Source of the DNA: Candidatus Saccharimonadota bacterium
Lineage (GTDB): Archaea > Micrarchaeota > Micrarchaeia > Micrarchaeales > Micrarchaeaceae
DNA length: 32,000 bases
Direction: 5' to 3'
NCBI RefSeq assembly: GCF_002214165.1
Contig: NZ_CP019964.1
Location: 60,001-92,000 of the forward strand
The notes beneath the pieces were generated by a model. It was not told the DNA's origin and made no database searches. It saw only the letters and a program-made list of their open reading frames with translations. Of this stretch, positions 25,120 to 32,000 are shown piece by piece. Each line of letters begins with the position of its first letter. Position 1 is the stretch's first letter. Both the position numbers and the translations under genes were made by a program.

Positions 25120-25219
25120 AGCCAGGAGAGGGAATTTCGTATGATATCAAAAGATATTATAAGTCGAACCCTCCTTAGCCGCTCTGCAGGCGGCTGCATA
25201 GCCGATCTGCCATCCTGGC
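25120..25219 (-). tRNA. tRNA-Cys (GCA) with a 29-nt non-canonical intron in the T-loop (predicted 59/60; intron about 25134..25162)
   Basis: Reverse complement: GCCAGGA TG GCAG ATCGGCT ATGC A GCCGC CTGCAGA GCGGC TAAG GAGGG TTCGAC[TTATAATATCTTTTGATATCATACGAAAT]T CCCTC TCCTGGC T. The discriminator is U73, as expected for Cys. The intron is flanked by a helix / 3-nt bulge / 4-bp helix / 3-nt bulge / helix motif. Confidence 0.75.
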
Positions 25220-25315
25220 AATGTTGGAATATGTAATAATTCAGAAGAAAAATTTATAAAGTGATTGTGTCTTGCCATTCCAAGGGCTGACCAAAATGCC
25301 TTAAGTTCAGAAACC

Positions 25316-25323
25316 TTTATAAT
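25316..25323 (+). promoter_or_regulatory. TATA box (TTTATAAT) for the CBS-HPF-like gene
   Basis: It lies about 29 nt upstream of ATG 25352, compatible with a leaderless or short-leader archaeal transcript. Confidence 0.4.
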
Positions 25324-25351
25324 CCTAAATATCGTTAAATACTTAGGTGTA

Positions 25352-26485
25352 ATGATGGATTCAATAAATGACGAAATAAAGATACCTGAAGAATTAGCGA
25401 AAGAAGTTCCAGTATCGGATTACACTGATAAAATGTCCGATTTAATCCCAAAAATATCAAAGTTCGGCGCTGTAATAATCAACAAGGACGATGAAGTGAT
25501 GGGAATAATAGACAAGAAGGCCATAGAAAAGATAGACCTGGAAATTCCAAGGAGCTTAAGTGCCGAAAGGTTTGTTGTAAGGACGCCAAAAGTGAATGAC
25601 CAAACAGCGCTTTCTGATATAATAATGTATTTTTACAAATCGCACAGCATCGCCCTTCCATATATGGTGAAAGGAAAAGTCAGCAAGATAATAGACAGGA
25701 TCACTCTATTTAAAATCCTGCTGTCAAGAAGCGATATCAAGGATGTCCTTGTGAAGGACATAATGAGCACCCCAATGGCAGTGATCGATTCTAAGACCGA
25801 TATTGCGAAAGCAAAGAAAGTCATGGAAGATGAAAATATGAGCACGTTAGGTGTATTAGATGATGGCAAGTTCTATGGAATAATAACATCAGAAGATATA
25901 ATCAACAATGTCGTTATAAAAGAGAGGTCCCCAGCAATAGAGAACAATAAATATTCCCCATCAAACATACCTGTAAAAGACTATGTAAATACGAATCCCG
26001 TAATGATTAAGGAAAGCGGCAGTGTTCAGGATTCAGTACGCCTAATGGTTGAAAACGAGAATAAGCCTATAGTGGTTACCAGTGGAAGCCAGCCTATAGG
26101 AATTGTAACAAGCACAGACATATTGGAGTACCTTACATCAAACAAGAAAGAGGTTTCACCAAGCATACTTATATCGGGATTGGATGAGTCCACCTATATA
26201 TATGAGGATGAAATACTGTCAGAAATAAAGAATTTTAGCTATAAAATAAGCAAAATAAAGGATATAGGAATACGTTACATATCCGCAACTATAAAAAGAA
26301 TAGGGAAAAGCCAGTATGAGGTAAGGATGAAGCTGCTATCTGAAAAATATGGCTCATTGCAGGTAAATTACAGCGATTACAGATTGGAGAGGACATTGAG
26401 CGAGGCATTGGAAAAGCTGAATGATCAGATATTAAAGGCTAAAGAAAAAAGCGAAAACGTAAAGGATTATTTCAAGGAGATATGA
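25352..26485 (+). CDS. Four CBS domains (two Bateman modules) fused to a C-terminal HPF/RaiA (S30AE)-like domain
   Basis: There are four CBS units, e.g. VKDIMSTPMAVID...GVLDDGKFYGIITSEDII and VKDYVNTNPVMIKE...PIGIVTSTDILEYL. The C-terminus is ILISGLDESTYIYEDEILSEIKNFSYKISKI..IRYISATIKRIG..YEVRMKLLSEKYGSLQVNYSDYRLERTLSEALEKLNDQILKAKEK. It follows the beta-alpha-beta-beta-beta-alpha HPF pattern ending in ..Aid...dKL.rQl.K.K.K. The start is ATG 25352; the track ORF starts at TTG 25265. Confidence 0.6.
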   Translation: MMDSINDEIKIPEELAKEVPVSDYTDKMSDLIPKISKFGAVIINKDDEVMGIIDKKAIEKIDLEIPRSLSAERFVVRTPKVNDQTALSDIIMYFYKSHSIALPYMVKGKVSKIIDRITLFKILLSRSDIKDVLVKDIMSTPMAVIDSKTDIAKAKKVMEDENMSTLGVLDDGKFYGIITSEDIINNVVIKERSPAIENNKYSPSNIPVKDYVNTNPVMIKESGSVQDSVRLMVENENKPIVVTSGSQPIGIVTSTDILEYLTSNKKEVSPSILISGLDESTYIYEDEILSEIKNFSYKISKIKDIGIRYISATIKRIGKSQYEVRMKLLSEKYGSLQVNYSDYRLERTLSEALEKLNDQILKAKEKSENVKDYFKEI

Positions 26486-26486
26486 T

Positions 26487-26987
26487 ATGATGAATAGGCT
26501 CAACAAAAGCACAGGTGCACTGCATTCAAAAAAGGGGCAGTCAAGCTTAGAGCTTCTCATAACCCTCTCTTTCGGCCTGATAATTCTTCTGCCAATAGTT
26601 ATATTGGCGTTTTTGCAAATTGCATCTTCATCCTCTACCCTATCAACCACTGAAGCGCAGTCAGTAGCGAGCAAGATAGCAAGCGTGGCAGTATCTGTTG
26701 GTTCTCAAGGATATCCTGCCAAGCAGCTTGTGCTGGTGAGTGTGCCTCCTGATGTTGATAACATATACGTGGGCGGAATAAATAATACGGTAGGCCATGA
26801 AGTGATATTCGTGGTAAGAACAGACGCAGGCGACGATTATGTCACAGCATACAGCCCCGTCCGCATAGAAGGCTCCCCTACTCTGAGCAGCATATCGCCC
26901 CAGGGTGAGTACCTGATAAACATAAGCGCTGTCAATTCGTGCCCTGGAATGCCATCAAAGACTTGTGTATACGTGAGCCCTACGTAA
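26487..26987 (+). CDS. Class III signal peptide protein (archaeal type IV pilin-like)
   Basis: ..HSKKG/QSSLELLITLSFGLIILLPIVILAF has a KG cleavage context, Q+1 and E+5, then a hydrophobic helix. AAGGAGA lies 7 nt upstream. The ATG is 1 nt after the previous stop. Confidence 0.7.
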   Translation: MMNRLNKSTGALHSKKGQSSLELLITLSFGLIILLPIVILAFLQIASSSSTLSTTEAQSVASKIASVAVSVGSQGYPAKQLVLVSVPPDVDNIYVGGINNTVGHEVIFVVRTDAGDDYVTAYSPVRIEGSPTLSSISPQGEYLINISAVNSCPGMPSKTCVYVSPT

Positions 26988-27005
26988 TTAGGGAAATTAG
27001 GAAAG

Positions 27006-27034
27006 ACTGCATGCAAAATGTTGTGGCATGCAGT
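27006..27034. terminator. Hairpin ACTGCATGC-(11 nt)-GCATGCAGT after the pilin-like gene
   Basis: Perfect 9-bp stem, 19 nt after the stop at 26987. Confidence 0.35.
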
Positions 27035-27271
27035 TAGACAAAAAGCTTAAAAGCTTAAGCAATAGAAGATTCATATAAGATGGTAAAAATGGTAGATTCC
27101 TTCCAAACAGTAAAATTCTGCTGAATAGCAGAACGTTAAGCTCATCCTTATATATTGGCAAGGCAATCTATTTTACGGAAACTGGATTCCTAAATGCATT
27201 TTTAAATTTTAACTTTAATAATTCAGGATGTAAACAGATTTTCAAAATGGCAATCCTATTTGGTGAATAAT

Positions 27272-28981
27272 ATGAAAGTACTTCAATTGGACGTGGATAA
27301 GATAAGTTACAAGCCGGTAAAGCCCGAAGCGAGCGTATATGAGGAATCAGATGACGCAGTCGTAGAAGAGAGCAATGCGGTCGTGATGCTGGTGTCTATA
27401 GAAAAAGGGGACGACGAGGACGTGGGGAAGATGGCCGTAAAGGAATCCCTGGAGTTCGCAAAAAAAGAAAAGGAGAAAGTGTTAGTCATCTACCCATATG
27501 CGCATCTGAGCGATAAGCTTTCAGGATTGGAAAGCGCCCTCAATATACTTAAGGCAATGCGAGCAGAAGCCTCAAAAGAGAGCTCTATCAAGGTAGTGTC
27601 AGCGCCTTTCGGATGGAACAAGAAGCTGATGCTTGACATAAAAGGTCACCCATTGGCAGAGGAGTCTCATTCGTACAGCAACAATATGGAAAAAGGCAAC
27701 GAGGTAAAGTCGGAACTGGTGGAGCACGAGCTAAAGATAGACACTTCCATAGTAAGGAAGAGTGACTGGTCCAACATGCCTGATACGGACCATAGGACAA
27801 TCGGAGAGAGGCAGGATCTATACAGCTTCCAGGAAGTGTCTCCCGCAATGGTCTACTGGCACCCAAAGGGCTTTACCATATATAAAGAGCTGATAAACCT
27901 GATGAGGCACATAGAGTACCAGCACGACTACCAAGAGATCTCGACCCCCGAATTGACCAACATCGCTCTTTACCAAGTAAGCGGCCATCTTCAGCATTAT
28001 AAGGAAAATATGTTCATGTTCAATTCATCGATAGGAGATGTCAGCTTAAAGCCGATGAACTGCCCATCAACCATATTAATTTACAAGACAAGGAAATGGA
28101 GTTATAAGGATCTTCCTTGGAGAACCGCCATATTTGACAAGCTGCATAGAAGCGAGCTAAGCGGGGTGGCCAGCGGATTATTTAGGGTGAAAGGGCTGAC
28201 GCAGGATGACGGCCACATATTTGCAAGGGAGGACCAGATAAAAGACGAAATCTCAGACCTTCTCCATATTGTAAAGGAGGTGTACGGAGGAATATTCAAA
28301 ATGCAGTATCATGCAAATCTTTCTACAATGCCCGATGACCATATGGGTGACCTTGATCTATGGGACAGAGCCACAAAAGCGCTTAAGGATGCACTTGACG
28401 AGAACGAAATTAAATACGATATAAAAGATAAAGATGGTGCATTTTACGGGCCTAAGATAGACTTTGACATAAAGGATTCCATGGGCAGGCTATGGCAGTG
28501 CGCGACCATACAGCTCGATTACCAGCTGCCAAGGAACTTCAAGCTCGAGTACACGGACAATGAAGGCAAGTCCCGCACCCCTGTAATAATACACAGGGCA
28601 ATATTGGGCAGCCTCGAGCGCTTCACAGCGATAATGGTAGAGCATTACCAAGGGAAGTTCCCTCTGTGGCTCTCCCCAATTCAAGTGAGGGTACTGTCCC
28701 TTTCAGAAGGGTCAAACGAATATGCATCTAATATATACAAAACCCTGAAGGACAAGGATATAAGGTCGGAGCTGGATATATCGGACAGGACTATAGAGTA
28801 CAAGATAAGGGACGGCAAACTGCAGCAGATACCTTACCTGTTGATTATAGGTAAAAAGGAAATGGAGAAAAACTCCATATCTATAAGAGACAGGTCGGGA
28901 ATTCAATCAAACAATGTAAAGCTCGACGACTTCATAAGCGGCCTCAATGAAAAGGTATCCTCAAGGTCAAATGAACTTTGA
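27272..28981 (+). CDS. thrS: Threonyl-tRNA synthetase, archaeal type (N-terminal DTD-like editing domain plus class II core plus anticodon-binding domain)
   Basis: Class II motifs are ISTPEL..LYQVSGHLQHY, FRVKGLTQDDGHIF and GPKIDF..WQCATIQLDY..P. HRAILGSLERF is also present. The N-terminus MKVLQLDVDKISYKP is typical of the archaeal editing domain. The start is ATG 27272. Confidence 0.85.
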   Translation: MKVLQLDVDKISYKPVKPEASVYEESDDAVVEESNAVVMLVSIEKGDDEDVGKMAVKESLEFAKKEKEKVLVIYPYAHLSDKLSGLESALNILKAMRAEASKESSIKVVSAPFGWNKKLMLDIKGHPLAEESHSYSNNMEKGNEVKSELVEHELKIDTSIVRKSDWSNMPDTDHRTIGERQDLYSFQEVSPAMVYWHPKGFTIYKELINLMRHIEYQHDYQEISTPELTNIALYQVSGHLQHYKENMFMFNSSIGDVSLKPMNCPSTILIYKTRKWSYKDLPWRTAIFDKLHRSELSGVASGLFRVKGLTQDDGHIFAREDQIKDEISDLLHIVKEVYGGIFKMQYHANLSTMPDDHMGDLDLWDRATKALKDALDENEIKYDIKDKDGAFYGPKIDFDIKDSMGRLWQCATIQLDYQLPRNFKLEYTDNEGKSRTPVIIHRAILGSLERFTAIMVEHYQGKFPLWLSPIQVRVLSLSEGSNEYASNIYKTLKDKDIRSELDISDRTIEYKIRDGKLQQIPYLLIIGKKEMEKNSISIRDRSGIQSNNVKLDDFISGLNEKVSSRSNEL

Positions 28982-29020
28982 TCTTCAGAGGATTGATTTT
29001 ATTTTTTATTCGTGCATGGA

Positions 29021-29028
29021 TTTTTTTT
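29021..29028 (+). terminator. Oligo-T tract (T8, preceded by further T-runs) downstream of thrS
   Basis: TTTTATTTTTTATT...TTTTTTTT lies within 50 nt after the stop at 28981. Confidence 0.45.
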
Positions 29029-29030
29029 GT

Positions 29031-29704
29031 TTATTCAAAGCGCAATGAATAGATGTTCCTATATACTCTCTTTCCTGCCTTCAGTCCATAAAGCTCATAA
29101 GACTTTATAGGCTTCAGTTTCTTGTTCGATTGGAAGAAAGCATTTGCGACATCCCTGCTTCCGATATATATGTTGACTCCGTTCTTATCCTCTTTTATCT
29201 GTGATACGAAACTGCCATTTTTGTTCACAAAATCAAGGATGCGCTTTTCCATTACACTGAGCTTGCTGTATATCCCCCTAAGCTGTATCTCCGCTTCGTA
29301 ATAACCAGAGCGTTCCCTGTTGCATAGCGGGCACAGTATATTTGTGAACTTTATCTCTATATCCTTTGTGAACTGCACTGGCTCTCCTTCAACCTCCTTT
29401 TCAAATTGCACAACCGCTATGGAGGTAGCTTTGTCATAGCTCACAAGTGATACCTCAAAATCCGGCCTGTGTATTGAAAACCTCACCGCGTCATCCAGAG
29501 AATCAGGGCTGGATGCGACAAAGCCTATGTGCGTCTTTATCCTTCCGCAGGACCTGCATAAAGGTATCTTTATCTCTTTCGGCAGATCCGACCCTATCCT
29601 GTCTATTACACAGTATTCGCAGAATTGTCCAATGAACCTGACGTCATCACTTGATCTATTGCATTTAGGGCAGTATTTAGTTATAAAAACACCTTTGAAT
29701 TCAT
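29031..29704 (-). CDS. NMD3 family protein (60S maturation/export factor homolog). The N-terminal zinc-cluster region is out of frame with its probable ATG
   Basis: The track ORF 29031..29486 contains ILCPLCNRERSGYYEAEIQLRG. The same frame continues upstream without a stop and encodes ITKYCPKCN..FCEYCV..IPLCRSCGRI (NMD3 Cys clusters). It has no in-frame ATG, GTG or TTG. ATG 29704..29702 overlaps the secD stop (ATGA) but lies in another frame across the T5 run at 29685..29689. Confidence 0.7.
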
Positions 29705-31278
29705 GAATAATGCCTGCTTATTATCGCTCCGTATGCAGGCCTTGTCACTGCAATGCCCATTATGACCCCTATTATTGCCGCTTCAGAGAAACCGACAATC
29801 GTCACCAACGAGGTTGAGAAGAACAATGGCAGCATCGCTATTACCAGCAATGCGGCATCCATCCATACGATATAGAACGCATGGCTTAACAGGAGTTTTC
29901 CATTGCTCGTCTGGCCGCTGTTTGAAAGCATTTCATCTGTTATTATTATCTGAGCATCAACTCCAGTACCAACTACTGCTATTATCCCCGCAAATGCTGC
30001 AAGGTCTATAGTGCCTATAAGCCCTATTATTGAAAGTATTATGAACAGCTCCATGAAAGTGGTCAGCAATATTGGTCCGACTAAGAATATCCTCCTGTAC
30101 CTTATTGCTATGAATGCGGACAACGATATTATAGCAAGCCCTAACGCAACAAAGCTTATCTCAAACGAATCGGCACCAAGCGTCTGCGGAACTGTTGTTG
30201 GTGTGCCAACTATTATGCTGACGGGCAATGCACCTCCGCTCAATATGCTTGCTATTGTCTTTGACTCGTTTGTAGCGTAAGCGGTTTTTGCGGTAAGAGG
30301 CAATGTAGTTGGAGCTTCTCCTGAAATCTCGTAATCCTCTGTAACATTCCCGTCTGTTATCTCAGGATTCAACAGTGGCGCGGAGAGAAGCCCTACCAAA
30401 GGCCAGGTCTCAAGCACAGTCGTGCTTGCATTTATAATGCTGTAAGCGGGTGTCATGTTCTTCTTGCTTTCCAAGTTTACTGTGTAATTAAGGCTTCTTA
30501 TATAGCTTATCAAGGACTTGTTCAAGTTGTAGCTTGCATATACAACCTTGTACCTGCCGATATTGCTCTTGTAGAAGCTTTCGGCTCCAGCTATGCTTGC
30601 GTTTGAATTTGACACCGCGATGACAGGTATAGTGCTATTGCCAAGGGTCAAAGCGGTTTTCATAGCTGAGAGTGCGGTTGAACTGGATATCGCATCAGTG
30701 GCGTTCCCAAGTATTGATGAATTTATGAGTATTGTCGCATTCAAAGGCCTGTCCAAAAACATGTATAATGGGTAATTCGCATCACCATATACTATTTTCG
30801 CAAAACTTGTAGCAGAGGATTGTGTTGTAGAGAATGTGACTGCCCAAGTTACATTTTTCCCGGATATTGCGGGAGGGACCTGCCCTATTGTATCCCTTAT
30901 TATATCAGAACCTGAAACAGCCAATCTTCCGTTTACTACTCCATCAAATCTTCCTTGGCTATCCAATATTGAGATAGTCTTGTTTATTGTGCTGTTGTCC
31001 GCTTTTGGCACTGTGACATATATCTCAGAATCCCCCACTCCCTCAACTGTGACTTCGCTAAGCCCAAAGGTTGAAGCCCTCTGGTCAAGCACCGATATGA
31101 GCTCAGACATTGTGGTGCTGTTGACAGGGTGGGCCAACTGCACTGGTATCTGCACTCCTCCCTCAAAGCTTATTCCGAAATGAAGCCCATAATGGATATC
31201 CAATGCGAGCAGGGCTATAGCTATAACTACAAGCACCAGTATACGCTTGTCTGTAAGGTAACCATTTATCTTTGCCAT
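29701..31278 (-). CDS. secD: Protein translocase subunit SecD
   Basis: It has an N-terminal TM, a large sequon-rich periplasmic domain and a C-terminal six-TM bundle (GPILLTTFMELFIILSIIGLIG..DLAAFAGIIAVVGTGVDAQIII). It is adjacent to secF. Confidence 0.8.
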   Translation of the reverse strand: MAKINGYLTDKRILVLVVIAIALLALDIHYGLHFGISFEGGVQIPVQLAHPVNSTTMSELISVLDQRASTFGLSEVTVEGVGDSEIYVTVPKADNSTINKTISILDSQGRFDGVVNGRLAVSGSDIIRDTIGQVPPAISGKNVTWAVTFSTTQSSATSFAKIVYGDANYPLYMFLDRPLNATILINSSILGNATDAISSSTALSAMKTALTLGNSTIPVIAVSNSNASIAGAESFYKSNIGRYKVVYASYNLNKSLISYIRSLNYTVNLESKKNMTPAYSIINASTTVLETWPLVGLLSAPLLNPEITDGNVTEDYEISGEAPTTLPLTAKTAYATNESKTIASILSGGALPVSIIVGTPTTVPQTLGADSFEISFVALGLAIISLSAFIAIRYRRIFLVGPILLTTFMELFIILSIIGLIGTIDLAAFAGIIAVVGTGVDAQIIITDEMLSNSGQTSNGKLLLSHAFYIVWMDAALLVIAMLPLFFSTSLVTIVGFSEAAIIGVIMGIAVTRPAYGAIISRHYS

Positions 31279-32000
31279 CTTGAATCCCGTTTATTCTTGT
31301 ACCATAGAACCATTGCAGTGTTCCCAAGCCATGCAGTGAAAATATCTCCTATAAGACCGAACAGCACCACGCCGCTTATCTCTATATATGTAGGGACAAA
31401 AGCGATGTATGATACTATGAATAGTATGCCGAATGTTATTATTGCAGCACCTGTCATTGTGAGCCCGGTCTTCATTGACTGGAATGCCCTCTCCTCGTTG
31501 GTCCCGTCTGTCCTCTTAAGAACCCTTACCGATGATAATACCTCCGTATCTATAGCATACCCTATAAGCATCAAAAGCCCTCCTACGGATGCAACTCCGA
31601 GCTCTATGTGGAACAATCCCATTGCCCCTAAAGCTATTATCATGTCATTCGCTGCGCCGAACACTATTGCAAATGATGGTATGGGTGTCCTAAATATTAT
31701 AAATACAACGATTGCTACTATTATAAAAGCGGCTATTATAATATCTATAACTTTGCTTAAGAAGTATGCACCTAAAGTTGGGGTTACACTGTCGTAAGAA
31801 TAAGTCGAAAAAGGTATGACCGACCTTATTTTTGCTATCAATCCGGACTGATAAGCGGATGATGCATTGCTGTCGGCGTTCCTTCCAATGTCTATCATTG
31901 ATGTGGCATTGGTTGAGTTGAATATATAACTGCTAGGGGTTATGAAAGGCGAGAAGTAATGCAGTTCCAGATCAAGGGTGCTGTCCATGCTGGAAATGGT
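31266..32000 (-). CDS. secF: Protein translocase subunit SecF (the N-terminus runs off the window)
   Basis: TM bundle with GAANDMIIALGAMGLF..L.VASVGGLLMLIGYAIDTEVL and a final basic tail. The frame stays open to the window edge and the first TM is missing from 31266..31988. It overlaps the secD start by 13 nt. Confidence 0.75.
   Translation of the reverse strand, partial: TISSMDSTLDLELHYFSPFITPSSYIFNSTNATSMIDIGRNADSNASSAYQSGLIAKIRSVIPFSTYSYDSVTPTLGAYFLSKVIDIIIAAFIIVAIVVFIIFRTPIPSFAIVFGAANDMIIALGAMGLFHIELGVASVGGLLMLIGYAIDTEVLSSVRVLKRTDGTNEERAFQSMKTGLTMTGAAIITFGILFIVSYIAFVPTYIEISGVVLFGLIGDIFTAWLGNTAMVLWYKNKRDSRWQR

Noticed and set aside
27006-27133. Hairpins upstream of thrS, considered as a tRNA-mimic operator or T-box-like leader
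   Set aside because: The loops (11 nt and 4 nt) do not resemble a tRNA-Thr anticodon loop, and T-box leaders are bacterial. They are kept only as a low-interest structural note.
31129-31797. 222-aa plus-strand ORF
   Set aside because: It lies entirely antisense to secD/secF, whose products have clear family motifs. It is a typical shadow ORF. The same reasoning applies to 30836..31183, 30011..30280 and 29775..30011.

Overview
AT-rich archaeal chromosomal segment. Archaeal markers are S27ae, Rpo7/Spt4, SepF, fibrillarin, Pth2, archease, NMD3, SecDF, and archaeal-type GluRS and ThrRS. SepF, many N-x-S/T-rich surface proteins and a non-canonical tRNA intron suggest a Thermoplasmata-like or DPANN/Micrarchaeota-like acidophile, but that lineage call is a guess. 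Most of the window is tightly packed housekeeping genes. The second-look items are listed here. (1) A tnpB-only IS200/IS605-type element (about 931..2320) whose right end and omega-RNA module can be mapped against a decayed second copy beside tRNA-Asn (16735..17062), including one compensatory hairpin change. (2) That IS appears to have split the 5' end of a TrmJ/SpoU-like methyltransferase gene, which now starts from an ATG inside the IS right end. (3) A tRNA-Cys(GCA) with a 29-nt intron in the T-loop flanked by a textbook bulge-helix-bulge motif. (4) A two-component locus whose response regulator is wHTH-REC-degenerate GGDEF-like and is translationally coupled to a class III signal peptide (pilin-like) gene and surface proteins. 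(5) A 4xCBS protein fused to an HPF/RaiA-like (ribosome hibernation factor-like) domain, coupled to a second pilin-like gene. (6) An archaeosortase-like membrane protein with a large C-terminal ectodomain. (7) An NMD3 gene whose zinc-cluster N-terminus is separated from its ATG by a frame change at a T5 run. No CRISPR array, rRNA or recognisable defence operon was seen. All calls come from manual reading and motif recognition; no searches were run.
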